Assembly (NCBI GenBank): GCA_964016885.1
Contig: OZ024741.1
Coordinates: 304,358,001-304,422,000, forward strand
DNA length: 64,000 nt
Direction: 5' to 3'
Source: Eledone cirrhosa
Taxonomy: Eukaryota
Shown: one piece after another, positions 1-16,557 of the stretch
How positions within the stretch are numbered: position 1 is the first letter of the stretch
Layout of the letters: each line of letters starts with the position of its first letter
Notes under the pieces: generated by a model
Seen by the model: only the letters and a program-made list of their open reading frames with translations
Told to the model about the DNA's origin: nothing
The model's database searches: none
Program-made: the position numbers and the translations under genes

Positions 1-358
1 TCATTTTACGTCCGCTTTTCCCTGCTTGCAAGGGTGGGACAGGAACTGAATGTGGCTTGATTTCTACAGCTGAATGCCCTAATGTGGCTTGATTTCTACA
101 GCTGAATGCCCTTCCTAACACCAACCTCATTTACAGTGAGTTCTGGGTGCTTTTTTGCCGTGGCGCCTACACGACCACTTTGCAGTGGAATGATATGGAC
201 TCCAGTCCCTATCATCTCATTTCTACAGCTGAGTAAACTGGAGCAATGTGAAATAAAGTGTCTTGCTCAAGGAAACAACACATCACCCGGTCTGGGAATT
301 GAACTCACAACCTTTCAATTGCAAGCCCAATGCTCTAACCACTAAGCCATGTGCCTCC
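1..358 (-). mobile_element. tRNA-derived SINE (tRNA head, CORE-like body, RTE-derived 3' tail)
   Basis: Minus strand begins ggaggcacaTGGCTTAGTGGttagagca...GAGTTCAATTCC (pol III A/B boxes). CORE-like aagtgtcttgctcaagg. Bases 1-40 are identical to the 3' end of the RTE fragment at ~5809-5848. Same composite recurs at 46348-46728. Confidence 0.75.
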
Positions 359-359
359 A

Positions 360-360
<1 letters not shown>

Positions 361-393
<33 letters not shown>

Positions 394-553
394 TATATAT
401 ATATATATTCATATATATATATATATATATATATTCATATATATATATATATATATATATTCATATATATATATATATATATTCATATATATATATATAT
501 ATATATTCATATATATATATATATATATATTCATATATATATATATATATATA

Positions 554-609
<56 letters not shown>

Positions 610-1774
610 TATATATATATATATATATATATTCATACATATATATTCATACATATATATATTCATACATATATATATTCATACATATATACATACATAT
701 ATACATATATATATTCATACATACATATATATATTCATACATACATATATATATTCATACATACATATATATATTCATACATACATATATATATTCATAC
801 ATACATATATATATATATATTCATACATACATATATATATATTCATACATACATACATATATATATTCATACATACATATATATATTCATACATACATAC
901 ATATATATATTCATACATACATATATATATTCATACATACATATATATATTCATACATACATATATATATTCATACATACATATATATATATATATTCAT
1001 ACATACATATATATATATTCATACATACATACATATATATATTCATACATACATACATATATATATTCATACATACATACATATATATATTCATACATAC
1101 ATATATATATATTCATACATACATATATATATATTCATACATACATACATATATATATTCATACATACATATATATATATTCATACATACATATATATAT
1201 ATTCATACATACATATATATATATTCATACATACATACATATATATATTCATACATACATATATATATATTCATACATACATATATATATATTCATACAT
1301 ACATATATATATATTCATACATACATATATATATATTCATACATACACATATATATATTCATACATACACATATATATATTCATACATACATATATATAT
1401 ATTCATACATACATATATATATATTCATACATACATATATATATATTCATACATATATATATATATATATTCATACATATATATATATATTCATACATAT
1501 ATATATATATATTCATACATATATATATATATATTCATACATATATATATATATATTCATACATATATATATATATATTCATACATATATATATATATAT
1601 TCATACATATATATATATATATTCATACATATATATATATATATTCATACATATATATATATATATTCATACATATATATATATATTCATACATATATAT
1701 ATATATATTCATACATATATATATATATATTCATACATATATATATATATATCATACATATATATATATATATT

Positions 1775-1830
<56 letters not shown>

Positions 1831-1833
1831 TAC

Positions 1834-1865
<32 letters not shown>

Positions 1866-2150
1866 TCATACATATATATATATATATATATTCATACATA
1901 TATTCATACATATATATATATATATATTCATACATATATTCATACATATATATATATATATATTCATACATATATTCATACATATATATATATATATTCA
2001 TACATATATATATATATATTCATACATATATATATATATATTCATACATATATATATATATATTCATACATATATATATATATATTCATACATATATATA
2101 TATATATTCATACATATATATATATATATATTCATACATATATATATATA
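361..2150. repeat. Compound (TA)n microsatellite punctuated by TTCA / TTCATAC / TTCATACATAC
   Basis: Seen directly. The long YI-rich ORFs here are artefacts of the repeat. Confidence 0.97.
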
Positions 2151-2524
2151 GACATAGAATATTCGAAAATATTCTGTATGTTTATAATAAACATTTTGAA
2201 GACCTAATCGCTATAGAATAGAATACGTCACGTATTACAATTAGATTCTCGATAAAAGCAAGGGAAGTAATCTACGCGTTTCATTCTTGTTAGAATCGAG
2301 AATGACACAGCTAGAGACTTATAGAATACTTAGCTGTGTACAGGAACTGGTTTGAAAGAGCGGTTGCCGGTCCGGCAGAAATTAGAAATTGGAATAAATG
2401 CTCTGAAATAGCGATATATATGTGAATATAGACATAGAATATTCGAAAATATTCTGTATGTTTATAATAAACATTTTGAAGACCTAATCGCTATAGAATA
2501 GAATACGTCACGTATTACAATTAG

Positions 2525-2613
2525 ATTCTCGATAAAAGCAAGGGAAGTAATCTACGCGTTTCATTCTTGTTAGAATTCATCAGGACTACATATCCAGTGC
2601 TTTTATCGAGAAT
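2525..2613 (-). ncRNA. Type I hammerhead ribozyme (retrozyme unit)
   Basis: Reverse complement of the motif at 3172-3260; tcatcag (CUGAUGA) at 2577-2583. Confidence 0.88.
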
Positions 2614-2834
2614 GACACAGCTAGAGACTTATAGAATACTTAGCTGTGTACAGGAACTGGTTTGAAAGAGCGGTTGCCGGTCCGGCAGAAATTAGAAATT
2701 GGAATAAATGCTCTGAAATAGCGATATATATGTGAATATAGACATAGAATATTCGAAAATATTCTGTATGTTTATAATAAACATTTTGAAGACCTAATCG
2801 CTATAGAATAGAATACGTCACGTATTACAATTAG

Positions 2835-2923
2835 ATTCTCGATAAAAGCAAGGGAAGTAATCTACGCGTTTCATTCTTGTTAGAATTCATCAGGACTACA
2901 TATCCAGTGCTTTTATCGAGAAT
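2835..2923 (-). ncRNA. Type I hammerhead ribozyme (retrozyme unit)
   Basis: Identical to 2525-2613; tcatcag at 2887-2893. Confidence 0.88.
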
Positions 2924-3171
2924 GACACAGCTAGAGACTTATAGAATACTTAGCTGTGTACAGGAACTGGTTTGAAAGAGCGGTTGCCGGTCCGGCAGAA
3001 ATTAGAAATTGGAATAAATGCTCTGAAATAGCGATATATATGTGAATATAGACATATATATCGCTATTTCAGAGCATTTATTCCAATTTCTAATTTCTGC
3101 CGGACCGGCAACCGCTCTTTCAAACCAGTTCCTGTACACAGCTAAGTATTCTATAAGTCTCTAGCTGTGTC

Positions 3172-3260
3172 ATTCTCGATAAAAGCACTGGATATGTAGT
3201 CCTGATGAATTCTAACAAGAATGAAACGCGTAGATTACTTCCCTTGCTTTTATCGAGAAT
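3172..3260 (+). ncRNA. Type I hammerhead ribozyme (retrozyme unit)
   Basis: attctcgataaaagca-ctggatat-gtagtc CTGATGA attct-aaca-agaat GAAA cgcg TA gattac-ttccct-tgcttttatcgagaat. Stem I is 6 bp + internal loop + 16 bp; stem II is 5 bp; stem III is the minimal palindrome ACGCGT. Predicted cleavage after GUA at 3232. Confidence 0.9.
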
Positions 3261-3481
3261 CTAATTGTAATACGTGACGTATTCTATTCTATAGCGATTA
3301 GGTCTTCAAAATGTTTATTATAAACATACAGAATATTTTCGAATATTCTATGTCTATATTCACATATATATCGCTATTTCAGAGCATTTATTCCAATTTC
3401 TAATTTCTGCCGGACCGGCAACCGCTCTTTCAAACCAGTTCCTGTACACAGCTAAGTATTCTATAAGTCTCTAGCTGTGTC

Positions 3482-3570
3482 ATTCTCGATAAAAGCACTG
3501 GATATGTAGTCCTGATGAATTCTAACAAGAATGAAACGCGTAGATTACTTCCCTTGCTTTTATCGAGAAT
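3482..3570 (+). ncRNA. Type I hammerhead ribozyme (retrozyme unit)
   Basis: Identical to 3172-3260; CTGATGA at 3512. Confidence 0.9.
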
Positions 3571-3791
3571 CTAATTGTAATACGTGACGTATTCTATTCT
3601 ATAGCGATTAGGTCTTCAAAATGTTTATTATAAACATACAGAATATTTTCGAATATTCTATGTCTATATTCACATATATATCGCTATTTCAGAGCATTTA
3701 TTCCAATTTCTAATTTCTGCCGGACCGGCAACCGCTCTTTCAAACCAGTTCCTGTACACAGCTAAGTATTCTATAAGTCTCTAGCTGTGTC

Positions 3792-3880
3792 ATTCTCGAT
3801 AAAAGCACTGGATATGTAGTCCTGATGAATTCTAACAAGAATGAAACGCGTAGATTACTTCCCTTGCTTTTATCGAGAAT
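3792..3880 (+). ncRNA. Type I hammerhead ribozyme (retrozyme unit)
   Basis: Identical to 3172-3260; CTGATGA at 3822. Confidence 0.9.
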
Positions 3881-4101
3881 CTAATTGTAATACGTGACGT
3901 ATTCTATTCTATAGCGATTAGGTCTTCAAAATGTTTATTATAAACATACAGAATATTTTCGAATATTCTATGTCTATATTCACATATATATCGCTATTTC
4001 AGAGCATTTATTCCAATTTCTAATTTCTGCCGGACCGGCAACCGCTCTTTCAAACCAGTTCCTGTACACAGCTAAGTATTCTATAAGTCTCTAGCTGTGT
4101 C

Positions 4102-4190
4102 ATTCTCGATAAAAGCACTGGATATGTAGTCCTGATGAATTCTAACAAGAATGAAACGCGTAGATTACTTCCCTTGCTTTTATCGAGAAT
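4102..4190 (+). ncRNA. Type I hammerhead ribozyme (retrozyme unit)
   Basis: Identical to 3172-3260; CTGATGA at 4132. Confidence 0.9.
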
Positions 4191-4411
4191 CTAATTGTAA
4201 TACGTGACGTATTCTATTCTATAGCGATTAGGTCTTCAAAATGTTTATTATAAACATACAGAATATTTTCGAATATTCTATGTCTATATTCACATATATA
4301 TCGCTATTTCAGAGCATTTATTCCAATTTCTAATTTCTGCCGGACCGGCAACCGCTCTTTCAAACCAGTTCCTGTACACAGCTAAGTATTCTATAAGTCT
4401 CTAGCTGTGTC

Positions 4412-4500
4412 ATTCTCGATAAAAGCACTGGATATGTAGTCCTGATGAATTCTAACAAGAATGAAACGCGTAGATTACTTCCCTTGCTTTTATCGAGAAT
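4412..4500 (+). ncRNA. Type I hammerhead ribozyme (retrozyme unit)
   Basis: Identical to 3172-3260; CTGATGA at 4442. Confidence 0.9.
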
Positions 4501-4637
4501 CTAATTGTAATACGTGACGTATTCTATTCTATAGCGATTAGGTCTTCAAAATGTTTATTATAAACATACAGAATATTTTCGAATATTCTATGTCTATATT
4601 CACATATATATCGCTATTTCAGAGCATTTATTCCAAT

Positions 4638-5790
4638 ATATATATATATATATTCATACATATATATATATATATATTCATACATATATATATATATATA
4701 TTCATACATATATATATATATATATATATTCATACATATATATATATATATATATATTCATACATATATATATATATATATATATTCATATATATATATA
4801 TATATATATTCATACATATATATATATATATATTCATACATATATATATATTCATACATATATATATATATATATATATATTCATACATATATATATATA
4901 TATATATATATTCATACATATATATATATATATATATTCATACATATATATATATATATATATTCATACATATATATATATATATATATATTCATACATA
5001 TATATATATATATATATTCATACATATATATATATATATATATTCATATATATATATATATATATTCATACATATATATATATATATATTCATACATATA
5101 TATATATATATATATTCATACATATATATATATATATATATTCATACATATATATATATATATATATTCATACATATATATATATATATATATTCATACA
5201 TATATATATATATATATATTCATACATATATATATATATATATATTCATACATATATATATATATATATATTCATACATATATATATATATATATATTCA
5301 TACATATATATATATATATATATTCATACATATATATATATATATATATTCATACATATATATATATATATATATTCATACATATATATATATATATATA
5401 TTCATACATATATATATATATATATTCATACATATATATATATATATATATTCATACATATATATATATATATATATTCATACATATATATATATATATA
5501 TATATTCATACATATATATATATATATATATTCATACATATATATATATATATATATTCATACATATATATATATATATATATTCATACATATATATATA
5601 TATATATATTCATACATATATATATATATATATATTCATACATATATATATATATATATATTCATACATATATATATATATATATATTCATACATATATA
5701 TATATATATTCATACATATATATATATATATTCATACATATATATATATATATTCATACATATATATATATATATATATTCATACATATA
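4638..5790. repeat. Compound microsatellite TTCATAC(AT)n
   Basis: Seen directly. Confidence 0.97.
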
Positions 5791-6384
5791 TCATCATCAT
5801 CATCATCATCATTTTACGTCCGCTTTTCCCTGCTTGCAAGGGTGGGACGGGTCTTATTCAGCACAGCATCTCTCCACTCGTCACGGTCCCTCGTCATCTC
5901 CACCGTGAGCTTCAATGATCTGAGGTCTGTTCTCACCACCTCCGCCCATGTTTTTCGTGGTCTACCTCTACCATGTCTTCCTTCAACTGGCATTTCCTGG
6001 CACTTCTTCACCCATCGGTCATCCTCCATGCGCATCACATGTCCATACCACCTCAGTCTCCTCTCCCGTACACTACATTCTATCCCTCTCAGACACAGTT
6101 TCTCTCTCAACACATTTATGCTGGGTCGTTCACGCACATTTACACTGCACATCCAACGGAGCATGCTTGCCTCATTTCTCTCCAGCCGTCGCATATCTTC
6201 TGCGGTAGCTGCCCATGTCTCACTACCATGCAGCATCGCGCTCCTCACACAGGCATCATACAACCGGCCTTTCGTACGCAGGGAGAAACCCTTCTTCGTC
6301 AACAGAGGAAGCAGCTCCCTAAACTTCTTCCAACCCGTCCTTATTCTAGATACTATGGCCTCGGAACACCCTCCTCCCATGCTA
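5791..6384 (-). mobile_element. RTE-clade LINE, 5'-truncated 3' fragment with (GAT)n tail
   Basis: ORF 5814-6380 has the RTE C-terminal motifs [28 protein letters not shown] and GRGRPRKTW; (CAT)n at 5791-5812. Confidence 0.9.
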
Positions 6385-10480
<4,096 letters not shown>

Positions 10481-11400
10481 ACATTTTCTGCGGGGTTTTC
10501 GTTTGTATGTTTATGCGAATTTTTATTTGGCTGCATGAAAAATCTTTGGTGGATTATTCCCTTAAATTCTTGCCCTTTTGTAGTTTATATCGTTATCTTT
10601 TTCTTCACTTTTAGCAGCCAGCTGTGGTCGATGCAATGACGAAATTTAAACTTTATACATGCTGGCGCTTGCATCCAGCTGTTGTTAAATTGTATAATAA
10701 TATATATCTATAATTGATTTCTTGAACCAGTAAGAGAGAGAGGGAGGGGATTTACGTAAAGCGAGAGATATCGGAGGAAGCAAAAAGGTGAATGAATGTG
10801 TATACACGTCTGTCCCTGGGTCGCGTACATATATTGAGATTACGGTCGCAAAAAGAAGTGATGTGCGTGTTTAAGATGAGAGAACGGTAAGGGTGAATGG
10901 AATGTGTTTTAAGGAAGTGTGTGGAGGAAAGGTGGAGTGAATGAATAGTGGGAAAGAGTAGAGTAAGAAAATGTGTGTGTGTTTATTTTGGTAAAAGATA
11001 ATGTGAGCGATATTGTGTGCTAATCAGTGAGTCCGGAGAAGAGTATGTTTATACGTTTGTGTATGTAGAGAAAAACAGAGCCGAGGAAAAGTGAGAGTAG
11101 GTCCACAGAATATGCGTGCGAAAGAGAAGAAATAGGAGTACTTCCCACCTCTTATAGTAAAGCTAAACGGAACTAGGAAAATGAGGGAAGGAAGGCTGTA
11201 GTTGCGTACGTCTACAGCTTGAATACTCAAATGCAATGGTCAAGGGAATAGCAAATATATGTTACAGGCCCGTTTCGACATTTAGATAATTGTAGAAGGA
11301 AAAATAAGAAGGTTCCAAATAGTCTGTTAACACACATGAGATAAATGAAATCAAGGGAGATAGATACCCGTGGTATAGTGATACAGTAATATATTTCAAC

Positions 11401-11700
11401 ACTTACCAATAAGCAGTTCCTTAAGATAAGCTTGTTTTCTTTTAATTCCGATTAGGTTGGATCTAGATTATGTCTAGTTCGTCCACGGAAAGTCAACACA
11501 GTGCAATCAGCCGACTACTACAACATCATGAAAAGTGTAACAGCCGCTGAACAAACAAGACTTGTGCTAAACATTAAGAGTCGACCATGCGTTAACGTTT
11601 CATTTTCGGTTAAAAACGTCAGCACGGTTATCATGTCAACAACACGAAGCCTTGTGACGTAGAACACAACCTACCAACACTAAGTAATGTACATTTCTTC
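11401..11700 (-). promoter_or_regulatory. Possible promoter / non-coding first exon of a leftward host transcript
   Basis: Non-repetitive and CpG-richer than the surroundings by eye; perfect minus-strand donor G|GTAAGT at 11407/11406; TGACGT near 11655. No ORF. Weak support. Confidence 0.25.
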
Positions 11701-12564
11701 AGGACGTATAGAACTTAATGCTGACTAAAGAAAATGTATATGGTCTATTTTCTCTACGTACAAAATTATTCAATTTTAATATCTTACCAATACTTGTTTT
11801 TAAGAATCTCCCCAGAAAAGTGAAATTGATGTTGGTAAGATGTATATTCAGAACGGGATAATAAGCCAAATATATATTTATTATTCAGTTGTGAATAACA
11901 TTACAAATTGTTTATAATTCTTACAAGATGAAAATAGGAACACATATAATAAATACAATTAATTATTGCTAGGAACCTCACAAATATAATGCACAAAAAT
12001 ATATGATCGAAGCGAGAGAGAAAAATAACAAAAACAACCATCAATATTCATGACTAAAGAATGAAATTTTGTATAATAACAAAGCTTACTCCAACAATTC
12101 CTATGCATGTATCCAACAATTATATTGAGAAAAAATTATAAATTTTTATTATTACACCCATCTCAAAATTCTAACCAAATTTATCAACTAACTACCCTTA
12201 AAATAATTTTTTTTAATTACTATTACTAATATCAATTAATAATTTATCCAAAAAAGTTATCCTCTTCGTTACAAGTTTTGTATTCTCAGGTCAGCTACGA
12301 CCGAACGATAACATTTTGGCTATTATTGCTAGCAGGTCAGACCACCACGTTGGGGAGCACTTGTCATTAAAAAAAAATTTTTTTTTATATATTGGGAAAT
12401 ATAAGTTACTGAACTATTTCACCCGAGGTGAAACGCTAATAATTTATTTCTCGATTTTAAAATGATAGGTAAAAATTAGTCTACTGGAGTATATGGTAAA
12501 CTTTCGTTTTATGATCACAGACAACTTTCGGTGATTTCAGTGATTTATTAATAATATCTGTCCG

Positions 12565-12650
12565 GCTCTCTGAGTTCAAATCCCGCCGAAGTCAACTTTG
12601 CCTTTCGAGGTCGATAAAAAATATTACCAGTCTAGTATTGGGATCGATTC
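12565..12650 (+). mobile_element. tRNA-derived SINE fragment (second family)
   Basis: B box gagttcaaatcc followed by gtcaactttgcc...ggtcgataaaa...taccag, shared with the copies at 17.9, 28.6, 51.7 and 58.8 kb. Confidence 0.65.
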
Positions 12651-12714
12651 TTCCTCTATATAATTAATTTTCTTACTTCCTCTCTCTCACACTATCTTTC
12701 TCTGGAATATGCTT

Positions 12715-12970
12715 GAGGCAAGATTGGTTGTCCTGCTCGTATAGGACTGTCTGGCGGGTTTTCTACGGCTGGATGCCCTTCCTAACACCAACCACGTTTA
12801 CAGTGTGGACTGGGAGGTTTTTACCGTGTTACCTACACGGCCACATTACAGCGTGGACTGTTTTTTTTGTCGTGACACCTACACAACCTCATTTGTTTCG
12901 GACTGGATGTTGTGGTACCAACATAACTTTACATCGAAAGGAGTGGTGTGGATGGGGTGGGGGGTGTATT
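12715..12970 (-). mobile_element. SINE/RTE-tail-related repeat fragment
   Basis: ttctacggctggatgcccttcctaacaccaac motif; reverse-complement match to 52420-52680. Confidence 0.6.
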
Positions 12971-13010
12971 TTTGTTAAGAGGTGCCTACTGACTAGGTTT
13001 CGCTTTGTAC

Positions 13011-13580
13011 TTAGGCAAGGCGGGTCTTCTGTATTACTGTGTAGCGCCAAAGATCTCGGTCCAGTGACATTGTCTTGGAGAGGTGCAAGTGTGTGAGGTC
13101 GGAATTAATCAAGTCGTCCCAGGTTTTTCTGGGTCTGCCTACTCCGTGGCTACCGTCTATTTTGATCGCCCTGCACTTTTTTATACAGCTGTCGTCGTTC
13201 ATGCCCATCACGTGACCATACCAACGTAGTCTTCTCTCGAGTAAACAACATCTGATCCCTCTTATTCCTAATTTCTCCCTTAGTTCATTTATGCTTTGCC
13301 GTTCACGTATATTACTATTACACATCCAACAGAGCATGCAAGCTTCGTTCCTCTCCAGTCTGCGTATATCCTCTGCACACAATGCCCAGGTCTCACTGCC
13401 ATGCAACATTGCTGTTCGTATGCAGGCATCATACAGCCTGCCTTTCATTTTTAGAGAGAACCCTTTAGTGGCCAATAGTGGTATAAGCTCTCTGAACTTT
13501 TTCCATCCCGTTCTGACTCTAGCTATTGTACTTTCAGAGCACCCTCCACCACTGCTGATTTTGTCACCCAGGTAACGGAT
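13011..13580 (-). mobile_element. RTE-clade LINE 3' fragment
   Basis: Translation YLGD...[13 protein letters not shown]...HGSETW...RRLRWYGHV...GRPRKTW. Confidence 0.88.
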
Positions 13581-15049
13581 GGGACAAGTCAGACCAGGTG
13601 AACATGTCTTGTTCATACAGAACTGTTTCTGGCTTCTACGGCTAGATGCCCTTCCTAACAACACCCACATTTACAGTGTAGACTGGGTGCTTTTTATCTT
13701 GTCACCAACACAACCCCATTATAGGGTGTACTGGGCACTTTTTGCTGTGTTGCCAACAAGACGACTTTATAGGGTGGGATGGGTGCTTTTTGCCATGTCA
13801 CCAACACAACTATTATTACTGGTTGGGCTGGGTGCTTTTTGTCATGTCACCAACATTGATATAGGCCTCTACCCAGCCATATGTAATGGTAAATATCCAA
13901 TAAAAACCTTTTAAAGTGAAACATTGTTGAACCAAACACAACAAAAAACACCCGGCCCACCATGTAAAGTGGTCATGCTGGTGACACAGAATCATAAATC
14001 TCCTTGTTGAACATTTAAAATACTGAAAATCTTTGGCAGAAAAATAGATAATAATAATAAAAAAGTTATAACAATGATGTCTCTGATACGAAGTGAGAGT
14101 GTATTTGATTGAATACATATAAAAATGAGAAAAGCCCTCAAAACAGCAATGAGACAGAGATCAACAACCAGTGGTCAAAAGAGAGACAATATACATGGTG
14201 GCTTTTGCTCATCACTGTTTTTTGACAGTGTTTTGCTATTTTAATGGTTGTTCTAGCGATGAGTTTTCTCATTTTTATATGTATTCAGTTAAAAAAGTTA
14301 TGTCCATTTACATGAGGTACTTATTCCAAACCTTTCTCAAAATGACTATCCTTTGGTATTACTGCCCCTTTTTTTTTTCCAATTACGCCTTCGGTACAGG
14401 GGCCTGTTAAAAAATATATTGCAGTCTCCATTTCATACCACAAAAACTGGTGATGAGCCTGGGACCTATCCTGGGAGGCATGGGATGGATGCATAAAGAT
14501 TACATATCTGGAGACCCCAAAGAGGGTTCAGAAGGGAGCAAACCTTGACATTTGACCATAGATGTGGACTTACAGATGTTCCAACTAAACAAAAACCATA
14601 TTGATCTCACCAGTATGAGAGAAAGATTTTCCTCTGGTTAAGAGGTAGATGTCTTATTTGGGATATCACAGTTAGAGACTCTTTTGCTCCTCAAATCTTG
14701 GATTCTGTGGCAAAGGTGAGGGTCACTGTATTTGTAGCCTAACAGAATAAAATTCCAAAATGTCAGGAATTATCAGAAAACTATTTTTTTAGCCTGTGGT
14801 ATTTGAGATATTTGGGGGAGCTGGGCTGCTAACAAGGTTCTCATCATTGTTGGCGGTTCTCCTTACTGTGGTATCAAGTGATGTCCACACTGCTACTTGA
14901 CTGCTAGTGTATTGGCTTACCTCAACAGTTAGTAGAGGGAAGCTCCTGTACCCCTTGTGTCCTCTATTATTCTCTCCATTTTTTTTTTTAGAATTTTAGT
15001 ATTGCGTATATATATATATGTGTGTGTATATATATAGGACCGCAAGACT

Positions 15050-16557
15050 GTCAGGGAAAATTGCGATGGTGAAGGGGAGAAATGTGTCCAAAATGATTAT
15101 CATGAACTTGCCTTCACTGACGCTGAAAAGAAGGTAATATGGAAATGCCACTATGAAAGATTACTGAATAAGGAGAAGGTATAGGATGAAAATAGTTTCC
15201 TCAAGTTAACTCAACAGAGGGACCAGCTGTACAAGTCAGGAGTAGTATAGTAAGTAAGGCAATCAAGGATATGAAGACAGGTAGGGCAGCTGGACCCTCA
15301 GGGATAGTTGCTGAGATGCTGAAAGCTTCAGGAATGATGGGTCACACCATAGTTGCTCCCATTGTAAACCAGGTAATACAAAAGATGCCATACCCAATGA
15401 CTGGCATAGCAGCATCATTGTCAACTGCTACAAGGGCAAAGGAGTTGAAAACTATAGAATCATCAAGTGCGTTGACCAGGTTATAAAGGTCACAGAAAGA
15501 GTTATAGCACAGCTGGAATGAGTTAACCTAGATGAGATGCAGTTTGGATTTGTACCAGGTAAAAGTACCATAGATGCCCTCTTCCTTGTGAGGTAACTGC
15601 AGGAGAAGTACCTAGCTAAAGGTAAACCCCCTACTTGGCTTTTGTAGACCTAGAGAAAGCTTTTGACAGAGTCCCCTGTTCCATTATCTGGTGGGCTCTT
15701 AGAAAATGAGGAGTAGATGAGTGGCTTGTGAACAGTCAGCAAGGTCAGAATTAACAATGACTATAGTGAAGAATTTAGCATACAGGTTGGGATACATCAG
15801 GGCTGAGTTCTTAACCTTCTGTTTATTATCGCCCTGCATGCTTTAACGGAGGAGTTTATGACTGGCTGCCCATGGGAACTCCTGTATGCAGATGACTTAA
15901 CTTAATAGCTGAATTAGAGAAGAAATTCCAAACCTGGAAGCATGGCCTAAAATCAAAAGGTCTTAAAGTCAACTTGGCAAAGACTAAAGTTCTAGTAAGT
16001 AGAAACAAAAACAGGGCCCAGATCTCTTCAGGGAAATGGCCTTGCTCAGTATGCAGAAAAGGAGTAGGTAGAAATTCCATTCTATGTCCCAAACTATGGG
16101 TACACAAGAGATGTAGTGGGATCTCAGGCAGGCTAACAAAGAATGCAGATTTTATATGTGGTTGGTGCACAGGGGCACTAAGTAGCAAGATCTCTCAGGA
16201 TACAATATCCTTCAAATGCCCAGAGGACTCTGTAGAAATGGTAGATAGTTTTTTACCTGGGTGACCAAAATAGCAGTGGAAGAGGGTGTTTCGAAAACAC
16301 AGTCGCCAGAGTGAAAACAGGTTGGAGAAAGTTCAGGAAGCTACTACTGCTGCTAACAACAAAAGTTTTTTTCCTCAAAATGAAAGGCAGTCTGTATGAT
16401 GCATGTACATGAACAATAATTTTGGATAGTAGCGAGACCTGGGAACTGCAGAGGACCTGCGAATATTGGAAAAAAATTAAGCCTCCATGCTTCAAAATTA
16501 GGCACAAGAGGGGTCAGATGCAGTGTGCAGGAGAGGAGATTGCGTTGGTATGGACAT
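15050..16557 (+). mobile_element. Degenerate RTE-clade LINE (RT region, many stops and frameshifts)
   Basis: Fragments MKTGRAAGPSGIVAEMLK, QFGFVPG, FVDLEKAFDRVP, LLYADDL (ctgtatgcagatgac ~15882), KTKVL, WPCSVC and RRLRWYGH. Confidence 0.85.

Larger units (their letters stand above)
2146..4637. mobile_element. 310-bp tandem array with hammerhead ribozymes (non-LTR retrozyme-like), with an internal inversion
   Basis: gacatagaat recurs at 2151, 2431 and 2741 (periods 280, 310). The reverse-complement unit tcgctatttc recurs at 3061, 3371, 3681, 3991, 4301 and 4611. Each full unit has CTGATGA...GAAAC...GTA with pairing stems. Confidence 0.9.

Noticed and set aside
290-358. tRNA gene
   Set aside because: A/B boxes are present, but this is the head of a SINE and no complete cloverleaf is evident.
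2146-4637. CRISPR array or simple satellite interpretation of the 310-bp repeat
   Set aside because: There are no unique spacers and the context is eukaryotic. The complete hammerhead fold argues for a retrozyme rather than a plain satellite.
14108-14290. ~26-bp inverted repeat pair
   Set aside because: Short, AT-rich and without a clear TSD; at most a decayed MITE.
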